The translations under genes and the position numbers were made by a program. Of a DNA stretch of 64,000 bases, positions 51,883 through 64,000 are shown piece by piece (the stretch's first letter is position 1; every line of letters begins with the position of its first letter). The notes beneath the pieces were generated by a model. The model searched no databases. It was not told where the DNA came from and worked only from the letters and a program-made list of their open reading frames with translations. The stretch comes from Macrostomum lignano. Taxonomy: Eukaryota. The stretch spans positions 1 to 64,000 of the forward strand of contig NIVC01004010.1 of NCBI GenBank assembly GCA_002269645.1, read 5' to 3'.

Positions 51883-52599
51883 TTTGACAACCTTTACTGT
51901 CAGTTTAGGCTAAAACAGCTCGAAAACAGGATCTTTATTGATTTATTTGCTGCTATCTGCTTCCAAAAAGTTAAACTGTATTGGAAAAGTCTCACAAGTC
52001 CCGCGACTGACGTTGATTGAGAGAAGCGGTTCGTGCTGAATGCTTTACCCGACAGCAGAGGGTGACTTCTGCGTCTATTTGGTTTGATTAGCAAAAATTG
52101 TAGCTCTTACTCCCTTATTAAACTGTCTTTCAAAGCGCGCTCTCCATTGAAAACCTCACGCTCTGGCGACTGAGATTGAAGTGAAAGCAAGAAATAATTG
52201 GAACGGGCTTCCATTGTTTGCCTGCAAAATCATCAAAAACTCAAATTTCGGAGACACTTTTGCAAAACAAGCCGATTCAACTTGGGGATGGACTCTTATT
52301 GTTGTTGACAGTTGAGCTGATAGGCTCTATGGCTTCATCTGACAAAACGTTCCTAAAACAGTCTCAAGTAACATGTAACCGCCAAAATGCTTAATAGGAT
52401 AGATGCATTTAGGAGTATTAGAAATGCTTTAGTCTAACTAGATGTACTACTCGTACTGTAGTGAAGGGGAGGCAAAGACAGATAAGTGTGGCGAGGCAGT
52501 GAGAGCCTAGAGAATGCAAGCCAAAATATAACAGAGTAACATGTTGTGCACGCTAAAATTAAAAGAATGGTAATCTTCACTGCCCCAGATCAAATGCAG

Positions 52600-54157
52600 T
52601 TATTGATTATGAGATGAAAATGATTATTATTTAGAAAGATGATTATTTCTCATCTCTGCTGTGCAGGAACTCGGCCTCATCCATGTGACTGCATCCCTGT
52701 AATAGAAGCAGCATTCCTAAAAACACCAGTCGCGTCAGACTGCCAGTCAACGAATCACGAATTCAACCACCGTCACGGCGCACAGCCACGACACCTGAAG
52801 ACGTCGAGTTGGGTTCCATGGCAACACAAGCCTTCTACGAAGTCCATAGGCCGATACGGATGGGGTGCTGCAAAGCCAAAAGCCACCAGGAGGGGTGGTG
52901 CACGACAGAGGGGCTCACAAAAACACTCACGAGGCCAATGCAGCTTGTTGAGAATGTCCATTTGACGTCGGAGGAAAACTCTCCCGTGCCGAACAGCTTG
53001 CGACGCCCAGTCCAACTTTCCGATCAGCTTCTGAAAACACAACTTTGACAGCCTCTTTTTCAAGAAGCAGAGGGATCTAACGCGCAGCAAGTCTTGGACT
53101 TTGTCGGCGGGAAGAGACATCTGGCCAGCCAAGCTATCGAATAAAATCGAGCCAATTCGCTGTTTAAGCCAAAATAACTGAAACACCTAAGTCCAGTAGC
53201 ATTTATGGTAGAGATCTCCAAATACGATACAAAGTAAAGTACCGTAAGTAGTAACATAAAAACGCGAAAAACTTGAATGCTATAAAAATTGCAAATAACT
53301 ATACTCTATTTTAAGACCATGAATACAACGTATGATGAAGCATGAGACAAGTTGCAACTATGGTGAAATATGATGAAATAAGATGAAATCTGATAAAATA
53401 TGAGTCGCGCTACTAAGTATATACCAAAAATTCGACTATAAATATAAGCGTAAAATCCGAGCTTAAACCTCAGACTCGGAGCAGCCTCAAAAGATCTTGT
53501 GGTTAGTCAGAGCAACTAATCGAGGCTATCTCTGGGAGATAGGATTATCAATCGAGAAGCGTTGTTTAAGTCTTCGTTATTGTGATTAATTGAGAGCGAT
53601 TTTATTGCCGGCCATTGTTGATAAGTTGATTTACTGAGACTATTCGAGGCCTCCCATTTTTCCTAATGGATTGGATAGGATCTGCGGACCGATTCCGATA
53701 CCCTTAGAGGATTATTGATTGTTGATTTGGATTATCCTAGATTAACCGATAGGAGCACATCACTCCGATTCCGTTATTTCTAGAAGAAGACGCCCTTCCT
53801 GGAGGATCTCGTTATTATTACAGAAAGTTGATTTTGTTTTCAAGGGCGCATTGTTGATATTGATTATTGAACTTGGGGCCTATATTGATTTTGCATTCGA
53901 GAAATACTGCGACGTCGCCAGATTTGAGTGTTACGCTCTCACTTTCGGCCGATTCTAGACTTCAAGAAGATTCCTCCGGAGAAGAAGATTGGAAGAAGCA
54001 AGTTCTACACACGCGCGCAACAAAGAAGAAGAAACAAGGAACGAGCTCGGAGAAACCGCCCGTCAAAGAAGAGGAGCCCGCCACCGTAAGTACACTACAT
54101 TTTGTTCCCAGGCTTAGGGTCTGGAAGTGGGAGTTCGAGCGTTTAGACACTAGACCA

Positions 54158-54234
<77 letters not shown>

Positions 54235-54290
54235 TCTCTTTCTCTCTCTCCTTTCCCCTCTCTCTAGTGTGCTTAAACGAACTCTTCATT
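52600..54290 (-). mobile_element. DIRS/Ngaro-like (tyrosine-recombinase class) retroelement fragment, copy 2
   Basis: ORF 52773-53186 reads FDSLAGQMSLPADKV..FQKLIGKLDWASQAVRHGRVFLRR, typical of the DIRS-type RT/RNase H junction, followed by a SDATG RNase H-like motif. It shares two long blocks with 31816-34893. No recombinase ORF was seen. Confidence 0.65.
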
Positions 54291-54905
54291 ATGGTTAAAA
54301 AGGATAACTATTGATTTATATGCTGCTATATCAGCTTCCAAAACTGTATTGAAAAAGGACTCGTTGACTGACGTTGATTGAGGCAAGCGGATTGTGCCCA
54401 ATGCTACCCAGCAGAAGACAAGCGGCTGTTTTTTTCAATTTGACTATCCTTCTCCGGCCAAACTGCAGTCTTTTAAAGCGGAATTGAGATGGAAGTAAAA
54501 AAGGAAAACAAAAAAACTTTATAATAATCCTATCGCCTGAGGCTTATTGTTTGCCTGAACAATAAAGCAACCGGTTTCTGACTTTATGAAGAGTTTCTTC
54601 CTTTTGGGCACGAAAACTTTAGATAAACTTTTTTTACTGCCGAGCTGGTTGTAAATCATGTATGGGGGGTACGGTACCGCCACGCACAATCAATCAAAAG
54701 CGGCACTTCAGTACAAATTTTGAAACTGAAAATGTCAATCGGTTATGCTGTTTATTACGAGCTAATTCCACTTCTGATCAGGCTTTGAAGCTTTGGTGCT
54801 GTAAAACACCACTTTAATATTTTATATTTCTGACTTCAGGGTAAAAACACCTTGTTTATGAGTTAATAACGGCCTCAGAAACGATCAGGCGAAACGCGTG
54901 CTTGC

Positions 54906-56247
<1,342 letters not shown>

Positions 56248-56829
56248 CTAAAAGATTTGCAAACTGGTCTAACGTAAACAGGCGCACGAACGGAGACTCC
56301 TTAAATATATATTTGAGTTGCAAATAATTGTGAGCAGGAAGTCAATAAAATTAAAAAAAGCTCGAGAAATCGATTAACTTTTGTCAAGTTACTGCAATTG
56401 AAATTGAAATTTTCAAAATAAAAAACTGTGCTGATTCTGAATTCGTGGCGCTGGTCACGTATTGGGACTGACTTCCTTCCTGCTTTTAATTTGATTCGCT
56501 TTTTGTTTTAATTCTTTGATTTTGGTTTTAATTTTGGCTCGTAACTAACTTTTATATTGACTTTGATCTGGAAACCTGGCAAAGTTAGGGACAAAATATC
56601 CAAACTTATAAAAAACTCTTTTTATCAAATGATGCTTAGTATAAACCTAAAATAATTCCCTACTGATAATTTTCCCTCTTCTGCAACCACTACTGACATA
56701 AGTAGTTTATCTACAAGGCATCACAATGCCAATAAAATTTTAATGGCATCTATCGACACAACCTTTTGAATACGGTACAGAAGCAGTGAAATCTGGTAAC
56801 AACTGACTTGGTGCTCTCAGCACTGCCTT

Positions 56830-57125
56830 TCATTTACCAAGCTTGTCTTAATGCTTTCAGGTCCATTGGTATGACTTACCAAGCTTGTCTTGATGCTTTC
56901 AGGTCCATTGGTATGACTTACCAAGCTTGTCTTGATGCTTTCAGGTCCATTGGTATGACTTACCAAGCTTGTCTTGATGCTTTCAGGTCCATTGGTATGA
57001 CTTACCAAGCTTGTCTTGATGCTTTCAGGTCCATTGGTATGACTTACCAAGCTTGTCTTGATGCTTTCAGGTCCATTGGTATGACTTACCAAGCTTGTCT
57101 TGATGCTTTCAGCTTCGTTGGTATG
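56830..57125. repeat. 42-bp minisatellite, about 7 copies
   Basis: TTACCAAGCTTGTCTTGATGCTTTCAGGTCCATTGGTATGAC units; 14-aa periodicity. Confidence 0.95.
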
Positions 57126-57359
57126 ACCTACCATGTGTTATTGACTGTGCATCGGGCCAAGGTGTTTTAACTAACTGACTAACTTTGGGGCTAGAATGTA
57201 CATCGGTGTTCAATTACCTTATATGCATCGTGCGTTCAATTATGAGTATCGTTCGTTTGATTGCGTAACACTGTTGTCAACGTGCATATGAGTATAAATA
57301 TATTAAGCGAGACCTGACAGTCTACGTAAGTTTCATCACTATAACTAAAAATACAACGA

Positions 57360-58015
57360 ATGGTGACCAGTGGACTCCCGTACCCAGCGGAGTTTCAACC
57401 AGTAACAGGCGAACCTCCTGTGCCATGGGCAAGGTGGATCAAGTCATTTGAGAACTTTCTGGTAGCTGGAGATCTCGAAGAGGCATCCGAGAGCCGGAAA
57501 ACGGCGATCCTCCTGCATCTGCTCGGTGAGGAAGGACGCCGCCGAGCTGCAAACATTGATGCAAGCAAGTCGCTTCAGGAGACCAAAAAGGCACTGAAAG
57601 GGATTTGAGCTTGTCGAAAAGCATAATAGCAGAGCGTTTCGCCTTTCGGCAGCGAGCCCAGCACGACTGCGAGAGCATCGGAGACTACGTGATGGCCCTG
57701 AGAGAACTGGCAACAAACTGCAACTTTGGCACCTTCCACGACGAGATGATTCGAGACCAACTCGTGGAGAAAACCTGCGTGCCTCGCATCAGGGAAAGAC
57801 TTCTGATGGAGGAGGACAATCTGACGCTAGATGACGCTATCAAGAAGGCTGAGCGAATTGAGGCGGCCATCAGGGACACCAAGCAGGTCCGCGCCACAGA
57901 GCTCCACGTGAAGGCGCTGAGCAAGAAGCCGAAGCCAGTTTCTCGCCATGAGAAGACTGCAGCACCAGGTCCAAAGTGCACTCGATGCGGAGGCAACCAC
58001 GGAAAAAGCAATTCT
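57360..58015 (+). mobile_element. Ty3/gypsy LTR-retrotransposon gag fragment
   Basis: W.RW...FENFL.A, RK.AILLH.LG, ERFAFRQRAQ...ESI.DYV..LRELA..CNFG, MIRDQLV and a truncated CTRCGGNH knuckle. Frameshift near 57605. A possible TGG-starting primer-binding site lies at 57361, preceded by a putative LTR (~57160-57359, low confidence). No pol region. Confidence 0.88.
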
Positions 58016-58029
58016 GTTCGAGATTAAAG

Positions 58030-59050
58030 CAATGTACGAGTGTAGATTATCACTGTTTATTGCCTCGATCTCTTCTAAAAGTTTGTATTTCTTGAAGAAT
58101 TCGAGACAGGCTTAAAGTACGCGTCCGTTATGTAGTAGTAGCAGTATATCTTTCGTTGATATATGTGACAGGCCCTACAGCCTTCCGAAGGTGGTTATAA
58201 ATTTAAGAAAGTTTCCATAAAATTATTCCGGGATCGGCACACTGATGATAAATGAATCCCTGTATACGCGAAACGGACTTGTCTGTTTTTTCTATTAATC
58301 GTTGACCACAGAAGGCTTTCAATGCGGAAGGAATTCAAAGACAATGTAGAGTTAGATTCCAGGCTGACGTTATGCACCCTATATAGGCTTATATCCGGTT
58401 TGCATACGCTGCTGGTCAGAACAGCTGGTGACCGGCGACATTTCTGAAATCGAACAAGTCAGGCGAGTCATGTGTAATTGTTTCAGTGTCTGCCCTGTCT
58501 GCGGAATTTCCTGCAGTTCCTTTTCACCGATTTTGAAATACGAGACAACTCCTTTACTGTTGACTATAGAAACTCGGCGCTGAAATATTGACGACGATAA
58601 TTACAAAGGGAACAGTGAATCTGCACCCGCTCTAGCCAATTGCATGGCCCCGTAATAGAAATTTCTATTTTTGCGTGTATTTGCATGCACGACCCACATA
58701 GTAAGATGAGCATAAAAATTTGTGTAAAAGTACATTGATTTATCATTTGTGGTAACTAATTTCGCCATGCAGGGACCAACGAAATGGGCAAATTTATCAA
58801 GTAGCACCAACGTCATACACCTGTAATAACTTGAAAAATTGACGCCATTGTCTGAATGTTAGCAGGCTGCAATCTCTTATGGTAGACTCCATGATATATG
58901 ATCATATCAATTGGTGATATCCAATGCAAAACTTTCAAGTTTTCAGAGTCGGACTCCATCATCTCCGACTGGAGACGAATCAGGTCTGGCGCGCGGCGCA
59001 TTTGCTCAGGAACGTCTGACTCAGCTGCGAGGGGGCGGCCTGACCTGAGC
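58030..59050 (-). mobile_element. Possible decayed DNA-transposon (Kolobok/Mutator-like transposase) remnant
   Basis: Interrupted frames include ERVQIHCSLC and NRQVRFAYTGIHL...FMETFLNL*PP, resembling the C..C and N.R.V.A...G...F...LN.P.P N-terminal motifs recalled for that family. Many stops. Confidence 0.3.
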
Positions 59051-59054
59051 GCCA

Positions 59055-59245
59055 CCCTAAGCTGGCGCCGCCAGGTGCTGCTGGGCCACTGCCACCGGAG
59101 TGACGGCCGCGGCGACCAAAAAGTCCCGTTGGCGCTGGTCCTCCTGCACCAGCTGACGGAGCAGAAACGCCACGGTCAAGGACCTGACGCTGTGACGCTG
59201 ACAGGCTGTTTTGAGGCTGACTTGCAGGCTCGGCCCCAGACCGCA
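59055..59245 (+). mobile_element. 3' fragment of a second, diverged RTE-like LINE
   Basis: RRQVLLGHCHR...PLALVLLH....KRHGQGP parallels RRRLQLAGHLIR...PVQEVLLL...YWRGQAR of the element at 46709-49717. Confidence 0.55.
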
Positions 59246-59349
59246 CGCTGCCTGCCCCTCCCGTCTGTTTCCTCGAGCGCGTGTGCGCAAGAGCATACGA
59301 GCGTACATAGTTTTTTCGTGTATCTATCTGGTGTCCCAAAAGTTACCAG

Positions 59350-59875
59350 GGGGGTCTTTCTCGAAAGCAACTTACGATCGACAATAGACGTAAGTTTGGT
59401 AAGCTACACTTACGGGTTGCTCGAAGGGCTCGCAAGTTATCTATGCGTAAGATTGATCGCAACTTTACGAGTCGTAACTTTGCGCAAAAGACTGTTTCTC
59501 GAAACGTTCGTATGTCTATGGTCTTTCGTAAGGTTGATCTTAACCCTACGACTGCTCGGTATCAGTCGTAAGACGCACTTAAGCACTAATCGCATAGTAC
59601 GTGAAGCTCTAGTCAAGCCAAGTCAAGTTAAACTTTATCGAAAGTGGGTCTTTCTCGAAAGCAACTTACGATAGACTAAGTAAAGATATTTGCAGATTTA
59701 TGACCATAGACATGCAACTTTTCGTTTCAGATACGACTTACGAACAGCGTAAGCCACGCAAAGTCTAAGTGAGTTTTGAGAAAGCGTCTTACGAGCAAAC
59801 TTACGCTACACGTAAATTTCTTTCTTACGATCTAACTTACCATAGAACTTACGTGAGTTTCGAGAAACACCCCCC
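59350..59875. mobile_element. PIF/Harbinger-type MITE (~526 bp)
   Basis: TIRs GGGGGTCTTTCTCGAAA / TTTCGAGAAACACCCCCC, a CAG 3-bp duplication on both flanks (59347-59349, 59876-59878), and numerous internal CTTACG/CGTAAG motifs. Confidence 0.75.
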
Positions 59876-60085
59876 CAGAATGTTTGCTCTAGCTCCTCAG
59901 TATTTTGATGTTGTATGTCTCAATTAAAGTAAAGATATTTTTTCAACAAAAAGGTCGTCATTTGAATTTCCTTTTCCATAGATGTCAAAACGTCTATGGA
60001 TTAAACCAGTAAAATTGCTGATCAGATTTGCCGCTTGATTTCCCTTTAGAGTCAGCGGAGTCAAGTTTTTGCCCTGTGGTCTGCA

Positions 60086-60388
60086 GGGGTTGTAGCCTAA
60101 TGGTCAGAGCGCCGGACTCACGACTTGAAGGTCGGAGGTTCGATTCTTGACTCACTCGGAACAATTTGTGTCCTTGAGCAAGACACATCTCTGAATTGCT
60201 TCAGTTCACCCAGCTGTAGAATGGGTACCAGCATTAGCTGGGGTAATTGAGGGTGTGTGGCGACCCCCCAGTCCTTGGACTGAACAGCCGTACGCAGCCT
60301 TCAGATGCGCCGCGCAATAGCTGCGGCTGAGCTGTCGGTTGCACATCTGCCCATTAGGGCAGGTGTAATCAATTGTTATTGTTATTAT
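60086..60388 (+). mobile_element. tRNA-derived SINE with a conserved central domain (Meta-SINE-like)
   Basis: Pol III A box TAGCCTAATGG (60093-60103) and B box GGTTCGATTC (60137-60146). Central TGTGTCCTTGAGCAAGACAC...CACCCAGCTGTAGAATGGGTACC and an (ATTGTT)n tail. Confidence 0.8.
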
Positions 60389-60389
60389 C

Positions 60390-60712
60390 TGCAGAATGGA
60401 GTGGAGCCAAAATTGCGGAGCATCTTTTCTCTATCCATGGTGAGAACAGCATTAAGAAAACAGCTATTTACGGATGGATCCAACGGTTCAAGGATGGTCA
60501 GTCGTCCACTGTGAATGACCAGCAACGCTCTGGCCGACCCTGCACGTCGGGTGACGAGACATCCTGTCAACGGGTCATGGCCCTGTTGGACTCAGATGCT
60601 CATCTGACAGTTCGAGAATTATCTGATCAATTGAACGTTTACAAATCAACTGTCCATCGAATCGTCACCGCTGATCTGAATCTCTCAAAGATTTCTGCCC
60701 GTTGGTGCCCCG
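60390..60712 (+). mobile_element. Tc1/mariner transposase N-terminal (HTH) fragment
   Basis: YGWIQRFKDG...DQQRSGRP, LTVRELSDQLNV.KSTVHRIV...L.L.KISARWCP (the WVP motif position). The DDD catalytic domain is missing. Confidence 0.88.
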
Positions 60713-62163
60713 CCTCCTCACACCGGAGCTCAAGGCACAGACATTTAAGGTACTAACCTTCCTTCACATTTCCTGATACAACTCTTAGTCAGAACCGGAT
60801 AGAATGAAAATTCAAATGGACAAGCTTTTAGCTGAAAAATTATCGTTTGTTTCGAAAAAAATCGAAATTGGTCAAGCTACTGAGGAGCTAGAGCAAATAT
60901 TACGGGAACTTTTGGGACAACCCCTATCTAGTATCTCTATCTATCTAGTATCTACATGTATCTAGTGTCTGAAAAGTGCCCTTCTCCCGTGTTTGCTTAA
61001 GGATCACTTTCGCTACTTTTGATAAAATTTGTTTTGACGGCTGCTCCCGCGGACAAATTTTTGTCGGAGGGCGCTCGCCATTCATAATTCTTATTGCCCG
61101 TAATCTCTGATGACTTACGACTGGCGCATTGTGCCTGACGGAATTTGATTCTGGGCCGTGACGAGAGGCGGACGAGAGGCAACTCATCCCAGTCAAAGCC
61201 CCAGCTAAATTGGCTCCGGTGGACATAAAGATAATAATTACTTCTGCTGGCTGACCGCTGAGCGGTCGTACTTGTTATTTTGTTTGCGCTATGCGGCCCA
61301 GCGGAGGTTGAGAGTCTTAATGGACTGCTGGTTTATGCCGCGGAATGAATGCTTCATCTGAGGCCAGCGGGTGCGGCCGCCTCGCAACTGCCTGCCTCAG
61401 ACAGGGGAATGGCATCTGCAGCCCGGAGTCTCTTGAAAACCCAATTAGAACCGGTGGCAGGCTAACCGAAAATCCTCGAATTGCTAGACTTTGTTGCAAC
61501 GCGAATTGCTACAAGTCCAGACCCGGGAAAATCCAGCTATGCAGGCATCAGGCTCTGACCGCAGCACCACATGAAGCTGCTTATCGGCTGTCTGCGCTGA
61601 TGAGGTGCGAAAGAATTATGCTAATAAAAGAGTACTAATGAATTCGCAAGTATGGATCAAATATAATAATTCGCCAACCGAAGTGTTCCTTTTGCGAATT
61701 GACTGCTGCTGTTTTGGGTCTTGGTTGACAAAGACTTCTCATCAACTCAGTGTTGTGCACGAGAAATATTTAAAAAGCATATTTTTTACAGAAGAAAATT
61801 AAGCTCGACAAAAATTTATATGTTTTCTCGTGGATAGACGATTATCAGAATTGGGGCGACCAAATCTACATAGGCCACTATAAAGTAGCTCGTATAAGTG
61901 AAGAAAAATTTAATAGTCTGTGAGGATTTGATAAAAATTGAGAAAGCCTTCAAACACGTAAGAATGAACGCTCAAAAGTCTTCCATCAGAGTCTACGCAA
62001 TAAAATACGGACCAACTTGGCAAATGCATTGCAGGCATTATGCCATAACTTTACCGGTCCTGTTGCATCAGTTTTGATCAATGTGACTGTCCTGAATCCC
62101 AGCATTACCGAACGCACTCGGTGGGACAGTTGTCATAGAATGATGGCAGCGGCTTTGAAAGGA

Positions 62164-63954
62164 TCAACAAAGGCAGTTGAGTTTCAGCATCTTCAATATG
62201 TTGGCGGCAGTTCGGAAATCACCGTTCTGTCTGCTTCTGGGCAAGCTGCCAAGAGCTCTGGCAAAATTCTCGTCGGCTTCTTCGGTTGCGCCTGCACCTG
62301 CTGCTGCAGGCTGTTTGGCTGTGAATCCGCAGCTTTGCAGCAATCTCTTACTGGATAGGTAGAGCAGCTCCAGCAGCTCGAATGCAGTAGTGACAGTCAC
62401 GCCCAGTGTGAGGCCTCCCATACCTCCAAGTCGGCTCAGGAGCGCGCTGAGACTGATCTGGAGGGTCTCCCTGTTCACCTGCGTGGTGTAGTCGAACCGG
62501 CTGACTGTCACTAGGGCCATTTTCTTCGACAGCCGTTTTTCCAAGCGACGAAGTCTGGTAACCTGCGGAGCGGTGGCGATTAACTCAAGTTGGCTAAAGG
62601 ACAGCAGCTGCTCCAGCTTCTCTACCGCTTTCCGGCTAACGGGCCGCTCGGATAACGCATTCAACGCACTGGAAATGTCACTCATCCAGTGGATCTGCCA
62701 CAGCCGAGGAAACCAATCTGCGGCCGACAATTGGCTTTCGTAGTGAAAGAAGCTGCAACGTTTCGGGCACTCCGTCTGGCTGACACTGTTCGTCAGCTCG
62801 CTCAGATTTAGGTTGCGGACGCAGTTCAGTCTTCGAATAAAATCCATTGGATGCTCAGCGCTGTAAAAGCCGCAGTAGGGAGCCTTTTCTTGGGCATCGC
62901 TAGCCAAAGGTCGCACATGGTAGGTCGAAGTGCAATTGCACTTTTCCGTAATCAGCTGGCCGATGTGGCTGCTTAGACATGCATCAAAAGTATACAAGTA
63001 CTTGCTGTCATCGTCCTGAATTATCGGCAATTGAGACGCTTCGGAGCATTCACCCTCCGGATAATTCTGTTTTTCCACCTTCACTGGCCGGTACTTGATC
63101 AGCGTCGAAGTTTGCATTTGTACGCTGAAACTCTGCGTGTCAATTAGCGGATAGGTGCCCGGCTCATGCAGAACGATCCGAAACCCGGAGGCTTCGTTGA
63201 ACACGTTGAATGCGTAGTCTTCGCTTGACGAATCCTCCAAGTCAGACTCCGTCAGATTGAAGTCGTTCATCAGCATTTCATTTTGGTGAGCATTGGATAG
63301 CAGAATCGACAAGCTGCTCACGTAGCTAGAATCTGGCTGCAAAAGCTCCAGGTCGTGGCAAAAGAAAAAATCCGGATGATGAAAACTGCTGCTTTCCTGG
63401 AACTCGCAGTCCTCTTCGTGAGCCACTGATGGATTGCCATTGGCGCTGTGTCGCATGATGCAGAACGGCATTAAATCATTGAAGCTGTACGCCAGCTGCT
63501 TGGCAGAGGACTCGTTGATGAACTGAAAATAGGTGGACACCTTGTCGCTGTGGAATAAGCTGGCCGCTTCTTTGTAGCGACCGTCCCGCAAAAAATCTCC
63601 CATGCCGCGGCGAAGCTGGCGGGAGAATTCAGCCGGACTGGCAATGCGGCCTTCCCTCCAGAGCTTCAACGCCCGCGCGGAGAACGGGCTCATGGAGCAA
63701 ATCGTCAAGCTGGGGAATGGCGTCGGGTCGTTGAGCCGCTTCTCAATCTGATAGCTCTTGTGGTACTCGAAGAACTCACTGAACAGGTCGCACGTTCCGT
63801 AGCCAAGTAGAACGGCCATGCTGATGAGGTAAAGCAGCCACAGCAGACGCAGCGCTGAGTACTTTGTGGTGTAGCACTTCTTTATGCCACGAATAGTTGT
63901 ATTTTCGATAAATGTAGATACGAGAAATTTTGGAAAGGCTAGGGTTTTGCTCAT
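62164..63954 (-). CDS. DEG/ENaC (ASIC/FaNaC superfamily) sodium channel subunit, intronless, 596 aa
   Basis: TM1 RLLWLLYLISMAVLLGY, PFPSLTICSMSPF, SGFRIVLHEPGTYP, the Cys-rich thumb (YTFDACLSSHIG..ITEKCNC, CPKRC..YE) and TM2 LLSRLGGMGGLTLGVTVTTAFELLE. Uninterrupted ORF. Confidence 0.95.
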   Translation of the reverse strand: MSKTLAFPKFLVSTFIENTTIRGIKKCYTTKYSALRLLWLLYLISMAVLLGYGTCDLFSEFFEYHKSYQIEKRLNDPTPFPSLTICSMSPFSARALKLWREGRIASPAEFSRQLRRGMGDFLRDGRYKEAASLFHSDKVSTYFQFINESSAKQLAYSFNDLMPFCIMRHSANGNPSVAHEEDCEFQESSSFHHPDFFFCHDLELLQPDSSYVSSLSILLSNAHQNEMLMNDFNLTESDLEDSSSEDYAFNVFNEASGFRIVLHEPGTYPLIDTQSFSVQMQTSTLIKYRPVKVEKQNYPEGECSEASQLPIIQDDDSKYLYTFDACLSSHIGQLITEKCNCTSTYHVRPLASDAQEKAPYCGFYSAEHPMDFIRRLNCVRNLNLSELTNSVSQTECPKRCSFFHYESQLSAADWFPRLWQIHWMSDISSALNALSERPVSRKAVEKLEQLLSFSQLELIATAPQVTRLRRLEKRLSKKMALVTVSRFDYTTQVNRETLQISLSALLSRLGGMGGLTLGVTVTTAFELLELLYLSSKRLLQSCGFTAKQPAAAGAGATEEADENFARALGSLPRSRQNGDFRTAANILKMLKLNCLC

Positions 63955-64000
63955 GTTGTAATTCTAAGCAAGGGAAATTCTGGATGTATCTTCTTAGGAT

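Noticed and set aside
60086-60160. Possible tRNA gene
   Set aside because: A and B boxes are present, but the acceptor stem does not close and the sequence continues into a SINE body and tail.
60945-61640. Short ORFs downstream of the last DEG/ENaC gene, including YVHRSQFSWGFDWDELP
   Set aside because: Could be an isolated exon, but there is no homology, start or partner exon to support it.

Overview
This is AT-rich animal genomic DNA with GC-rich spliced coding exons, many minisatellites and transposon debris. The repeat style and gene content suggest a free-living flatworm such as Macrostomum; that assignment is inference, not shown by the sequence. Minus-strand gene models reconstructed by hand from GT-AG junctions with consistent phases: a ZNF474-like C2HC zinc-finger gene (2.5-5.0 kb), a p120/delta-catenin-family armadillo gene ending in DSWV (8.6-17.6 kb), a DEG/ENaC-like gene with no recognisable TM2 (19.8-21.5 kb), two tandem 8-exon soluble ACE (M2) peptidases (23.3-26.0 and 27.7-31.5 kb), two PAN-like plus fibrinogen-domain genes (50.8-51.9 and 54.9-56.2 kb) and an intronless DEG/ENaC channel with atypical gating and filter motifs (62.2-64.0 kb). 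Plus-strand models: a stathmin-domain/CCDC198-like gene (38.6-41.0 kb) and two intronless orphan ORFs (43.6-45.7 kb). Mobile DNA includes an RTE LINE inside a 28-bp satellite, two DIRS/Ngaro-like remnants, a gypsy gag fragment, hAT and Harbinger MITEs, a tRNA-derived SINE and a mariner fragment. Several conserved genes carry single-base deletions in short homopolymer runs, most likely long-read assembly errors. No prokaryotic-type system (CRISPR, operon) is present. The strongest leads are the patchy gene conversion between the ACE paralogs, the two aberrant DEG/ENaC genes, the fibrinogen domains lacking the canonical P-domain disulfide, and the orphan membrane proteins.
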